DNA of 64,000 nt, taken from contig CM121342.1 of NCBI GenBank assembly GCA_051530055.1, positions 14,027,480 to 14,091,479 on the forward strand, given 5' to 3'. Below the pieces are notes generated by a model that worked only from the letters and a program-made list of their open reading frames with translations, made no database searches and was not told where the DNA came from. Position numbers and translations under genes: made by a program. Shown here one piece after another: positions 1-10,490 of the stretch (position 1 is the first letter of the stretch; every line of letters starts with the position of its first letter). This DNA comes from Neoechinorhynchus agilis. Lineage: Eukaryota; Animalia; Acanthocephala.

Positions 1-455
1 CAATGAAACGTTTTATTTGGTAAAATACAAGCTACCGAAACATGCATCTCAGGCATCTAGTGAAAATTGTAACTTGTAAACTTTAGGCGGATTGTTCCAT
101 CTTTGCCGCTCATAAACGTTAAGTTGTAAGATTGATGTTGTTTTCTGTTCTTTCCTGCGAATCAATTCACATTTGGAGGATTTAGCGGTGGAGAACCAAG
201 AGCGAAGAAACGGCGGACTGTAAGGCGGAAAATGTTGGGACGGCACGAGTGTTGTAAGTGTGAGTAAAATGAGAAATGTGTGGTAGAAATGGAGGAGGGA
301 GAGAATGAAGAAGCTCTGAGTACTTTTGGAATATTAGAGCGAGGTGTTTTCCTAAAGGCATGAGTTTGAGAAGCAGATTAGAGCACATCGCTTGTGAAAG
401 ATGTTAGATTTTTGGAATAGATAAGAAGAAAAATTGCAAAAGATTGGGTATGTGC
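1..455 (-). mobile_element. 3' fragment of a decayed LINE (L2/CR1-like); mirror copy 14830-15285 (+)
   Basis: Reads LLHSLPPPFLPHISHFTHTYNTR, containing the H-x-YNTR motif typical of L2/CR1 ORF2 C-termini. The coding strand is C-rich like the adjacent LINE and ends near aataaaacgttt. Confidence 0.45.
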
Positions 456-467
456 AGGTGAGCGTTA

Positions 468-1385
468 TAATAATAACACGTTTATTTGTTAATTAACAAA
501 GAATAGGATCCATGTACCTTTGCGTCCTCATAAACACTCGAGTTCTGATTTGTTCAATGAATGCGTTTGTTGATTTTGGAGTGGATTACGAGTTCGATGG
601 GGTGGGAATATCCGGTCGGGGAATGTCCGTTCGGATGGGGATTGGCGATTATTGTTTGCATGATAGCTTGTGAGGTTGGTCTTTCCTCAGGTTCATTTAG
701 TGCTATGATATTTGAGAATATGGAAAAAGGAGCGGAGATGGAGGGAGGTGCGAGGTTGAGGGAGGATGAAATAAATTGGGATTACGGGTGTTGTGCTGAT
801 GTGAAAATGGGAATAAATTATGGTAAAAATTGTGGTGGTAGGGCAGAGAGCTGTTTAAAAATTTTGAGGTATTCAGTGAGAGGGGAAATCATCTGTGCAA
901 ATTTAGAATATCCTCTATGAAAAGTTTCAAGGCGACGGGTTTGTGATTTGGACATGTTGCAAAAGGTGGAATAGCCGTAAAACGAAGGGATTCTTAAATG
1001 GATAGGCGCTTGAGGAAATTCCAATTAAGATTTGATTGAAACTGAAAACATAAAATTCTGAGGAAGGTGACTCGTAGGATGTCATTCGGAAGCTCGGGAT
1101 AGGATATTGGAATGCGGGAGATTGAGGGGATCACTTCGAAGCATTTAGAGAAGTTCAGGTAGAGTTTGTGGTTGATGCAGAGATCTTCGATGCGTGTGAT
1201 TTTGTTAGAAGTTAAAACGAAGAAGGGTGTGACGGTGATTGCGTGGCGAGGATGAGATCGTCGGCACATAAGAAAAGTTTAGAGTGAGACCAGAAGGATT
1301 TAAGTTCGTATAAGAAAATATTAAAAAGAAGTGGTGAAGGGGACGGGTGTCTTTGGTGATGGTGTTCGAGAAGGTAACCCGGCAA
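468..1385 (-). mobile_element. Decayed non-LTR retrotransposon RT plus 3' tail (L2/CR1-like); mirror copy 13900-14818 (+)
   Basis: In the mirror copy: PSPLLFNIF...KLFLCADDLIL (the SPLLF and YADD RT motifs), LYLNFSKC, QFQSNLNW, YGYSTF...RRLETFHR, then a 3' end aataaacgtg(tta)n. Several frameshifts. Confidence 0.8.
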
Positions 1386-1665
1386 TGAGTTTATCGGAAT
1401 TATTGTTTAGGTCTACACCCGGTGAATGAATATTTATTAAAGACGCTTCGAACATCGTCGGATTCATCATCAGTTCTAAAATATAAGTGTTTAAGTAATT
1501 ATTACGCTCTCACACGTATTTATGGCCCATAGTGTTGTTTCATTTCGGTTAGCTATGAAGACAGAGTTTGTAGCTTCGTTGGTCATTCATGTCCGGTTTC
1601 TGTTCTTTAATTAAGAAGGCTCGAAAGTTATTGCGTTCACTTGCTATAACCAATGTTTGCTCGTA
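1385..1665 (-). mobile_element. Penelope-like element 3' end (GIY-YIG C-terminus, UTR, hammerhead motif); mirror about 13620-13900 (+)
   Basis: EQTLVIASERNNFRAFLIKEQKPDMNDQRSYKLCLHS* resembles the E/A-x-x-I...P-x-LN-x-Q end of PLE endonucleases. It is followed by ctgatga-t-gaat..gttc-gaagcgtc-tttaataaa. Confidence 0.7.
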
Positions 1666-1666
1666 A

Positions 1667-2010
1667 TTGACCACTGGCCAGTTTGTATATTGTGTAGTGC
1701 AATATTCGACGCTATTACCGGGTTGCGCGGCAAGTTTTGACTTCGATGGAAAGTATTATGTGTTCAAAATAGCCAAGGGTTCACCTATTGCCCCAGCTTT
1801 CGCTAATCGTTTCATGGGTCACTTGGAAAAAGCGCGCCATGCGTTTAGACCGAAATCGGAAGAGGCCTGGAGGAGCAGTGAGCTCTTTACGGAGTCGAAT
1901 GCTTTCGATAAGTCCAGTACTTTCGAAGTATTTAGGATCTTTGGATGACATTCCAAGGAATCGGAAGCGCTTATCAATTAATCACAAACCCAAAAGTATT
2001 TCCAATTGTA
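1667..2010 (+). mobile_element. Penelope-like reverse transcriptase core fragment; mirror about 13275-13618 (-)
   Basis: FDFDGKYYVFKIAKGSPIAPAFANRFMGHLEK matches the PLE G-x-AMGSPLSPxLANxFM motif. A frameshifted SLDDI follows. The fragment is inverted relative to the adjacent 3' end. Confidence 0.75.
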
Positions 2011-2053
2011 GTTAAAAATTAAGGAAGCAAGGCACTTTTTTTCAAAAAAGCTA

Positions 2054-2464
2054 CTACTCGTTCTCTTTTGACCTAAGTCTCGCGTTCGGATTTGTAACTT
2101 TAATACTGAGTTCTTTGGCTCGGCTAACGATCTTTTGACGCGTTTTAGCGCTGACCGCATGACCGATCTCGGCTTTAAGACGTCGATTGTGCATCATTAA
2201 AACCTCAAGTTCAGCTAAATTGTGAACAACAAACTTTTTGAATCCATCCGGACACAAATGTTTGGTTCGACGGCAACTTCCGTAACCGATACTCGGCATT
2301 GGTCGACATCCTCGGAATCTTCGTCGAACACAATTATCGATTCCTCGTGGTTTCCTCCAGTTCGGTTTTACACGTTTGTACCGATCGCTGTGATGACGAA
2401 TGAACTTCTTCGTTCGCTTCTTTACAATTGTCTGATTGCGCGGACGGACGGCTCGGATTGCCAT
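2054..2464 (-). CDS. RPL32: 60S ribosomal protein L32 (intronless)
   Basis: [17 protein letters not shown]...[16 protein letters not shown]...MPSIGYGS...[12 protein letters not shown], full length 136 aa. Confidence 0.98.
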   Translation of the reverse strand: MAIRAVRPRNQTIVKKRTKKFIRHHSDRYKRVKPNWRKPRGIDNCVRRRFRGCRPMPSIGYGSCRRTKHLCPDGFKKFVVHNLAELEVLMMHNRRLKAEIGHAVSAKTRQKIVSRAKELSIKVTNPNARLRSKENE

Positions 2465-2531
2465 TTTCTCCTATTCGAATTCAGTTTCGGAAACGCACAC
2501 GAATGAAAAACGCGAAAGAAACCACACTTCG

Positions 2532-2539
2532 TGACGTCA
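2532..2539. promoter_or_regulatory. CRE/ATF palindrome TGACGTCA in the about 135-bp divergent RPL32 / NAB-like promoter (mirror near 12746-12753)
   Basis: Perfect TGACGTCA lies midway between two head-to-head start codons. Confidence 0.45.
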
Positions 2540-2599
2540 TCTAGCCTGAAAACTGATACGTTTGTCCAGTAGATCCGTGTTTTTTCACCGAAATTGCAG

Positions 2600-3190
2600 A
2601 TGCGTTCTAAAATCGTGTTTACAAAAAATAGTGACTCTATTAACGAATCTTCAATTGAGCTCGAGGCTTCCTGTATTCAAAAAGCCGCTTCTCTTACTGA
2701 ATGTATCGATCGATTGGTCAATGTGCTGCCCGCCTTCAAAACGCCAAATGAAGAAGAGTTGTATTGTTGGCTAGAAAAGTTCAGCCTTACCCGATACTAC
2801 GAAGTCTTATGCTCAATCGGTGCTGACCACCTCGATCAAATCTCCAAACTAGACGATCTCCATCTTAATCTTCTGATGGCTTCTATTGAGATGACCTGCA
2901 AACCATTCCATGTGAAACGTTTTCAGGATCTCATTTCCGATTATCGGACACGGCCACCCGATGAAATACCAAAAGAAACACAACGAAATCCCAGAAAGTC
3001 CATGTGGGATCGACGGGCGACCCGGATACTTGAAGTTGAGTCTCAACTTGAAGCTCTGACGAACGAGCGTGACCAACACGACCAATCTTTCGAAGAAACC
3101 AAAAAACATTTGACAGATGAGCTAATTTATCTAAAACGTCTTATCAGGAAACATGAGCAGCGAATGAGCCGGAAAGTGCCGCGGGACTAA
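2600..3190 (+). CDS. NAB-like protein: NCD1 (SAM-like) domain plus C-terminal coiled coil
   Basis: EEELYCWLEKFSLTRYYEVLCSIGADHLDQI...IEMTCKPFHVKRFQDLISDY resembles NAB NCD1 (ELQLYRILQKANLLSYF...GMASKPLHVRRLQKALRDW). First ATG is at 2600. Confidence 0.7.
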   Translation: MRSKIVFTKNSDSINESSIELEASCIQKAASLTECIDRLVNVLPAFKTPNEEELYCWLEKFSLTRYYEVLCSIGADHLDQISKLDDLHLNLLMASIEMTCKPFHVKRFQDLISDYRTRPPDEIPKETQRNPRKSMWDRRATRILEVESQLEALTNERDQHDQSFEETKKHLTDELIYLKRLIRKHEQRMSRKVPRD

Positions 3191-3824
3191 ACGAAGCAAA
3201 TCTCATATTCGAGTGCGTAACTCACACAAATTAATTGAGAATGACAAACGATTTAAGAATTTATCCGATCTTTTTTGTTAAGACATTTGTACGTTCATAA
3301 GGAAAGTTTTTGCGGAAAATGCAATTAACAATACTTGAAAATGGCACCATCGAAGTCCACCAAATAACTTAAACCAGCGGTGCCCGAAAACCTACAGCCA
3401 AAAAATGAATTAATTTGATTCGAATTTTTGCACTGTTGAAATACAGATAAGATCGAGAATGATTGGCGTTAATGCTAAGGAAATCTCCTGTTGAAAAAGA
3501 CGCCGTGTAAACTGAGTGTTTCGATCAATATTTTCAACGCCTTTTTTTCTCATAAACTGTTTAGACATTTGCAAATACCTGTAACGAAGTATTTATCCTC
3601 TAAAGACGCTCTCGTGCAAGAAATACTATGGGGCGAATGAATAAAGGAGCAAAGCTATCAAATTTAAGATTCCTTTGAATACGGCACGTCGAATTGAAAG
3701 GAATTATGTTTTTCGATGAATTATTTTTTGACATTATAGGTCAGTTACTTTTTGTGCTCTGAGAAATAATTATTAACGTCCTTAAAGAATGGCTAAAGAT
3801 CGCTTCAGGTCATTCTTTGATGAG

Positions 3825-3900
3825 CTTTGTTTATTTGGTTCTCAAGTGTTTATGAGGGCCCAAAGATGTTAATTAACAAATAAACGTGTTATTATTATTT
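3825..3900 (+). mobile_element. Isolated 3' tail of the same LINE family; mirror about 11385-11460 (-)
   Basis: agtgtttatgagg...gttaattaacaaataaacgtgttattattat matches the LINE tail at 14745-14818. Confidence 0.6.
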
Positions 3901-4080
3901 TAAGTCTTCATGTTAGCACCCATACCAGAAAGAGAACGTTATAATTTGATAATAACTTTAAGCTAAAGAATCGAAGTTTAACAATTTAAGGAATTAGTTT
4001 TTAATAGCTTAAGCTAATCGTTTGTAGTGTCCATTTGAGATATTACAAAACCTGTAAATGAACCGAAATACTAACGAATT

Positions 4081-4294
4081 TGGAATTATTATTTAGAAGT
4101 CTACACCCGCGGTAAATGATTATTTCGATTAAAGACGTTTCGAACCTCGTCGAGTTCATCGTCAGTTTGTTTGTTAGTATCTATAGAGTCTATTACTAAC
4201 AAACAAACTGATGATGAACCCGACGAGATTCTCAGAACGTTTTTAATCGAAATAATCATTTACCGCGGGTGTAGACGTCTAAACAATAATTCCA
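4081..4294. mobile_element. About 214-bp fold-back made of two inverted Penelope pLTR/hammerhead units; mirror about 10990-11204
   Basis: The arms tggaattattatttagaagtctacacccgcggtaaatgattatttcgatt... and ...aatcgaaataatcatttaccgcgggtgtagacgtctaaacaataattcca pair around an apex at about 4175-4197. The sequence is homologous to 1391-1475. Confidence 0.75.
4131..4168 (-). ncRNA. Minimal type I hammerhead ribozyme motif with intact core; mirror 11117-11154 (+)
   Basis: AAA-CUGACGA-U-GAAC(UCGACGAG)GUUC-GAAACGUC-UUU: conserved core, stem II, palindromic ACGU stem III and a GUC cleavage triplet. Stem I is only 3 bp. Confidence 0.7.
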
Positions 4295-4793
4295 ATCACA
4301 TTCCTCCCGGTACCTCAAATATCGACATTTTTAAATAACGAATTTTGCATCATGAGTATTGTGAGCAATTTAACTGTTACTTCGTCTCACATGTAAGCTC
4401 GCTTCTTTAAAGTGAACAAGAAATAAGTTATTTTCTTTAAAACAGAGTAGTTTCACATTGTGGATTTTTTTAATATCGCCTGAAGTACGTCTCATCGAGT
4501 TCCAAAGCGATCATTTACGACATCTACACAAACGAAACAGTTTTATCGAATTCTTGAAGGCAAAGCTTTATTTTTTTAATTTAATGACAATAATGCATCT
4601 AAGCAAACGCCTTCGAAAAATGTTAATAAATCAATTTTATTTAAAACCCGTGTTAATCTTCATCGAATGACTGGGCATCTTTATCTAATGAATTCAGTTC
4701 AATTGCATCTTTAATAACTTTTATAGCTTCCTCATAGCACAGCTTTCTTGCAAAAATTTTAAACCTCCTTTTAAAATTTCAGCAGCGCTGCAT

Positions 4794-5378
4794 TTAGTGA
4801 TCTTTCAAGTCAAAAGCACGATAAAGCAGTTTCCCCTTTTTCCATAGATCGATTACGGGAAGGTTTCGTATTTGGTTACGAACAAAACTGAAGTACGGAT
4901 AGACGGAACAGTCGACGATTATTACCATAACCATCGAGTGCTCGTCGTTCAGGTCTTTTAAATACTTAAATAATTTAACCGGAAGACGGTTATCCCCCAC
5001 CTTCGATTCTGGTCCATTATTTTCACATCCAAAAGTCCATGTAAAGTAAACTACTGTAATTCTCCTGCTTTTAATCGATTCATTAAATTGATCCCATCCT
5101 TTAAACATTGCCACGTTCGAGAGTTCTTTTATTCCTTCAGGAAGATAGTTATTTTCAGATAACGAAACCAAGTTTCTTGACTCCCGTGGAGGTGGAAAAG
5201 TCGGCCTGCAAGTGTTTTCCACTTGAATGCCATTTGAACTTTCGACTGAGAAATCTGAGATTTTTAGGTCTTGAATCAGTGGTCTTACTTCTGGGAATGA
5301 ATCATTTTCCATTTCCTGTGCTTCGCATAAATGCCATTTTAACTTACTTATTTTCATATCAGTTACCATAGTGATCAA
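4794..5378 (-). CDS. Thioredoxin-fold-like protein without CxxC
   Basis: ITVVYFTWTFGC...KLFKYLKDLNDEHSMVMVIIVDC...IRNLPVIDLWKKGK follows the thioredoxin beta-alpha-beta pattern. The family assignment is tentative. Confidence 0.5.
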   Translation of the reverse strand: MITMVTDMKISKLKWHLCEAQEMENDSFPEVRPLIQDLKISDFSVESSNGIQVENTCRPTFPPPRESRNLVSLSENNYLPEGIKELSNVAMFKGWDQFNESIKSRRITVVYFTWTFGCENNGPESKVGDNRLPVKLFKYLKDLNDEHSMVMVIIVDCSVYPYFSFVRNQIRNLPVIDLWKKGKLLYRAFDLKDH

Positions 5379-5633
5379 AAAGCCAAAAATAAAGAAGTTG
5401 AAACGATTTTCAAATCTTATAGGGTCAATTTTATGAAATATTTATTTAAAGTTTAATTTTACGAGTAGGTGGTGCTTCCGCACCTTGAGGTTTGGTTGGT
5501 GAATTCGGGTTTAAGCACATAAACCACCATCCTCACGAATTCTGTTAATTTTGTTATGCAGCACGGATCCCATTTCCGACAAAGTGCATTTATGAAGATG
5601 TCTACAAATCAAAGAAATCGCAAATCATTTTAC

Positions 5634-6257
5634 TTAGTGAAAGAATAAAATGAACAAACTGAACATTTTTAGAAAAATCCCGAACGTGATTTGCAATGTT
5701 CCGTCATGCACGGGGCACACTGATCCACTTGCGCCAACTCTGTATACCATTCCCTCTGATAGTTTGGTTTGAAGTTCATAAAATTCAGTAAAGTTAAAAT
5801 TGGAAGTATTTGTTACGTTTGGATATTTGATTTCGTTTGGTTGTTCATAATAAGCCAACACATAATGGTGAGTTCCGTTGTTTGGAATAGTTCTTGTGTA
5901 GTTGGTTATCACTTTTGATGAAGCAACTTTGAAATTCACGGCCAAGAAATGTAACTTGACGGTTTGATTTGGATGAAACTTGTCTGGGTGATCTGGATCG
6001 TAAATAATTAATGGATGATACATTGATTTTTTGTTTATTGGTTCCGATATATTTGGTTCTTGAGATGTAAAGTGGGGATTGACACATTGATTCAGTGAAA
6101 CATTATTGCTATTGAATCTTACTTTTATCGATGGAACCTTCTTGTCCAATATTATTCTCATATGATCGATGGCCAATTGAACCGAAGAAATACTTTTGAC
6201 ACTGGAGACATTGAAAAACGGCAGTATGAAAATGGTTAGAAAAAAACGAGCTGACAT
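5634..6257 (-). CDS. Phosphatidylethanolamine-binding protein (PEBP) family, with a signal peptide
   Basis: Hydrophobic N-terminus, DPDHP (DPDxP motif), LHFLAVN, NYTRTIPNNGTHHYVLAYYEQ. Confidence 0.8.
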   Translation of the reverse strand: MSARFFLTIFILPFFNVSSVKSISSVQLAIDHMRIILDKKVPSIKVRFNSNNVSLNQCVNPHFTSQEPNISEPINKKSMYHPLIIYDPDHPDKFHPNQTVKLHFLAVNFKVASSKVITNYTRTIPNNGTHHYVLAYYEQPNEIKYPNVTNTSNFNFTEFYELQTKLSEGMVYRVGASGSVCPVHDGTLQITFGIFLKMFSLFILFFH

Positions 6258-7777
6258 CGAAAACGGTTAGAGCGACTATCTCATTAAAACGGACTTTTTA
6301 TAACCCCGTTTTTATTTTCACGCCGTAAATACTTGACGAAAACAAGGTAAAAACTTAAAAATTTAATTTAAAATGATCGTGACGAGAACAGTTCAGTAAC
6401 TAAAAATCGGCGCAAATTGCAGCATTTTTAGAGGAACTACGTTGTCGCAGACATCACGTCGGTGAGCTACATGATCGGTAGAGACCTCCATGAGTAGTTA
6501 TATTTCAAAGATCAAACATCAGCGCTGGACTTTGTGAAGAAACGAGCAGAAGTAATGAAATTGATGGAGAAAACAACGAAGCGAAGAAGCCAGAAATTTA
6601 ATAAATGCGAGACGGGATAGCCTCGTAAAAGGGAATTGTTATGTAAAAGGTTTCCTTGGCCTTCAAGAATGAAGACTGCAGATCACGATTCCATTTAGGT
6701 CTGCGAATATTGATGGTCGCTTGTCCAATTACGAAGCGAGAAGCAAATCGATATTCGATGTTCTGTCCATGATACCAATGAAGGACCTGTCGCAATCACG
6801 ATTAGGCGTTATGCTTGGTCTGTGAATTAGAAGTCGGACTCCAAAAATTAGATAAATTTCCTTACTGTGCAGGATTCCGATAGATCAGCTATCAAAAATT
6901 ATACTAAAGATCGATTATGTCTGTCTAATCGATACCTACGCAATACTACCGATGATCAGATATTTGAAAAGTGACGATATTAAATGGGGAAATAGTAATA
7001 CAACATCGAGCTTAAAATGTTTATTTTCTAAATAATTATCGTCGTTCGTTTGAGGAATTGAAACAATTATAGCGAAAATAACCATTTGTAGTGAGGTTAT
7101 CGATTATTTTGTTGGTTTTTGGTGGTGCCATTTCGAGGCGAAGGAGAACTTCAGGCGACGAAAATGATATTAAAAATTTTACTTGAAAGCAGAACACCTT
7201 AAGCTGATGCCGTGAAGTTTTAAGAAATAATCACGTTCATGCCAGAACAATAGTAGTCCAATCCTCAGAGTACTTTTCCTCGGTTTCTTATAGTCGTACA
7301 AAAAATCTGCATCTCTTGTAGTGAAGTTCGAAGGAATGCGAAACTTCACAGTCTCGCGTATTATCAGTCACTTTTACATAATAAAAATGAAGAAGATCCG
7401 CGGGAAGCTCTTTTAAAATCGCAATCCACAGAATAACTCCATGATGCTTGTGGTTTAGACGATCATCCTAGATAATGTCGGAATTACCGGACGAAATATC
7501 GGTAATCAATTCGTCAATTTAAATTCGAGGGCGATCATAAAGCAGTATGTTGAAGACTATAAAATTTGAGTTCAATGTGAACTTTTTACATTCGAAAATT
7601 CTCCACTCATCGATAACTTGAGTTCTCGACTGACATTAGGAAGCTATTAATTTTTTAACAAAATTGCAGTTGTTATGATTAACCGAAAATTCTAGTCTCA
7701 ACTTCGGGGCTACACACAAATCTTTGGAAACCGAAACCTTTTCAAAATGTATTAACATTTTTCTCAAAACTTGTGCA

Positions 7778-9196
7778 TCAATGTTCTTTATTAGCGAATG
7801 CTGCTGCCAACGCAGCACCGATTCCTGATCCGCCTCCAACAACAGCAATCTTATATTGTATTGATTTGTTCAAAAGAAGATTACAGTAGAACTCGACCGT
7901 CTGCATAAATTTTGGGTGCTTCCGATAAAAGCTGCCATCTATTCCGATAGTTTGATCGTCTCTTTTCATTTTTTCGAGAGTAGCAGCCATTGTGGCAGCC
8001 CATAGTTTGGCCGCTCTCTGCGTTACGGATTTGCAGACAGCGTGAAGGATCGCATAATCGTCTATTGCAGCTTCCTTGAGACCTAATAAATCCATTATCA
8101 TCTTTGTCCTCTTAAATGAGACGCCTCGGTCCTTTTCGATCTCACAGATATAATTTGCACTAAAACCCATTGGAGTGTAAAGGACAGACTTATCGAACTT
8201 ATTTACCATTGGTGTCTTTCAACAAAAACGATGTGCTGTCCAAGAAAAGACCTCAATGGTTTACTTGTTTTCCTTATTGGCGTATTTGAAGCCGAAAAGA
8301 TCTTTTTCATAAAGGTCGACTAAAACCATTCGGACAATTTCACCAAGGTACATTCCAGATATAAGCTTTTCGAACTTTTGTTTCCCTGGATTTATTGAAT
8401 TAAGGTCGATTTGCCGGTCAAAATCCGTTGTTATTTTTTCGAGGCCACAATCTTCGTCAGTATCACCATAACCTCCCAATTCAATATTGACTATCATATA
8501 CCGGTCATCGGAGTTAAGATTGTCGAAATTTTTGATATTTTTTACTTCTTCGATATAACAAGCGTTTGTCCCTGTTCCCACAATCATCCCCATGGAACAG
8601 TCAGGATACTGAAATGCAGTTGCCATCAGAGTGGCAACGGTGTCGTTGACCAGAGCAACGACCTTTATGTTCAAACCACGCTCCTCAATAGATTTCTGAA
8701 GCCATTGAACAACATCGGTACCTACCACATCCTGGCAATCAAAGTTTTTGGTCCATTGTATAAGATTCCCACTATTGAGAGATTTCTGGAGGCATGGAAA
8801 TGAAAACGTAAAACCCAGATATCTTAGTTTTTCCCTGTCCATTTTGTGAATCCGCATAAACTCATCTATTTTCGAAGAAATAAATCCGAATAGCGTTTTG
8901 CCGTCACTGTGCATAATCGATAAATTTATTTTGCACTTCATCATCAGTCGTTTGGTTTCAGAACTTCCTGTCATGGATAGTAGAAGTACCCGAAAGTTTG
9001 TTCCACCAAGATCGATGGCTAAATATTCTCCAACCTCGGATCGATCAAGCGGCTTAGTAACAAATGTCGGTATCATCTTTAAGTCAGAGTGACCCTTTTC
9101 AGGATCTAAACCCCTGTCCATTGATCGTTGAAACTGACGTTTAATCATGATTTTTTGAGGGAATGCGTATAACTGATGATTTAAATCTACATTCAA
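7778..9196 (-). CDS. HK: Single-domain hexokinase, two coding blocks separated by a 66-nt interruption at about 8201-8266; 5' end uncertain
   Basis: DLGGTNFRV, LGFTFSFP, WTKNF, VNDTVATL, IVGTGTNACY, FEKLISGMYLGEIVR, IGIDGSFY, GSGIGAAL. Confidence 0.95.
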
Positions 9197-9239
9197 CCTA
9201 TAATCCTCGCCAAGAAAACACTGAACAATTTTGCGCCTT

Positions 9240-9670
9240 GCTTCATTAGATCCTAAATAAGCTGGCAGAGAAATGTCTACTGCATTTAGGGTACCAAACC
9301 TCTGGACGACACAGGCAAGGACGCTTGACGCTAGGCCTCGTCCGACAGCTGAATATTTAAAATTTTATCGAGAGAGGCTTTTACAGTATCGTCTAATTTT
9401 GCCAGCTTTTCTTGTGTCTACAGAAAGGTACTGTGCGCAGCTTATACAGCAGTTTTGGAATGAAGAGAGTGTTCTTGACCAGGAATAGAGCATCGTGTGA
9501 AGATAATTCATTAATTCGTTCGCGCAGCATTGAAAGTTGCGGTTGAAGATTGGCAATCTCGGCTTCTACATTAGAGTCAAAAATGCAGCTTCATAAAGTA
9601 CTCTACCTTTCTAGAGTGATCAATTCCATGCCGGGGGCAAGGTTCTGAAAATCTTTTACGACAGTTTGCC
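9240..9670 (-). mobile_element. Decayed non-LTR RT C-terminal region (CRE/NeSL-like)
   Basis: Across frameshifts and stops it reads LRERINELSSHDALFLVKNTLFIPKLLYKLRT / LDDTVKASLDKILNIQLSDEA*RQASLPV..RGL / AVDISLPAYL. This matches the HxALxLL..PKLxYxLR...WxQAxLP..GGLG pattern. Confidence 0.7.
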
Positions 9671-9783
9671 ATACAGAGTTGGCGCAAGTGGATCAGTGTG
9701 CCCCGTGCATGACGGAACATTGCAAATCACGCGCGGGATTTTTCTAAAAATGTTCAGTTTGTTCATTTTATTCTTTCACTAAG
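9671..9783 (+). pseudogene. Truncated 3' end of the PEBP gene at the duplication breakpoint
   Basis: Only YRVGASGSVCPVHDGTLQIT...FH* is duplicated; there is no 5' part. Confidence 0.8.
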
Positions 9784-10037
9784 TAAAATGATTTGCGATT
9801 TCTTTGATTTGTAGACATCTTCATAAATGCACTTTGTCGGAAATGGGATCCGTGCTGCATAACAAAATTAACAGAATTCGTGAGGATGGTGGTTTATGTG
9901 CTTAAACCCGAATTCACCAACCAAACCTCAAGGTGCGGAAGCACCACCTACTCGTAAAATTAAACTTTAAATAAATATTTCATAAAATTGACCCTATAAG
10001 ATTTGAAAATCGTTTCAACTTCTTTATTTTTGGCTTT

Positions 10038-10490
10038 TTGATCACTATGGTAACTGATATGAAAATAAGTAAGTTAAAATGGCATTTATGCGAAGCACAG
10101 GAAATGGAAAATGATTCATTCCCAGAAGTAAGACCACTGATTCAAGACCTAAAAATCTCAGATTTCTCAGTCGAAAGTTCAAATGGCATTCAAGTGGAAA
10201 ACACTTGCAGGCCGACTTTTCCACCTCCACGGGAGTCAAGAAACTTGGTTTCGTTATCTGAAAATAACTATCTTCCTGAAGGAATAAAAGAACTCTCGAA
10301 CGTGGCAATGTTTAAAGGATGGGATCAATTTAATGAATCGATTAAAAGCAGGAGAATTACAGTAGTTTACTTTACATGGACTTTTGGATGTGAAAATAAT
10401 GGACCAAACCAAATACGAAACCTTCCCGTAATCGATCTATGGAAAAAGGGGAAACTGCTTTATCGTGCTTTTGACTTGAAAGATCACTAA
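10038..10490 (+). CDS. Thioredoxin-like duplicate with a 44-codon in-frame deletion
   Basis: Identical to 4794-5378 except NNGP joins directly to NQIRN. Confidence 0.55.
   Translation: MITMVTDMKISKLKWHLCEAQEMENDSFPEVRPLIQDLKISDFSVESSNGIQVENTCRPTFPPPRESRNLVSLSENNYLPEGIKELSNVAMFKGWDQFNESIKSRRITVVYFTWTFGCENNGPNQIRNLPVIDLWKKGKLLYRAFDLKDH

Larger units (their letters stand above)
1..5745. repeat. Left arm of large inverted duplication 1 (pairs with 9671-15285)
   Basis: Every ORF is mirrored (coordinate sums about 15285 outside and 15416 inside a 132-bp indel). The match ends at ...ccaactctgtat (5745) versus atacagagttgg (9671). The arm may extend left of the window. Confidence 0.97.

Noticed and set aside
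468-3900. Inverted repeats at 468-540 and 3841-3900 as the ends of a transposon capturing RPL32
   Set aside because: Both are the 3' tail of the same LINE family in opposite orientations.
4880-5011. Intron presence/absence polymorphism in the thioredoxin-like gene
   Set aside because: The segment is stop-free, encodes plausible fold elements, and has no splice signals or terminal repeats.
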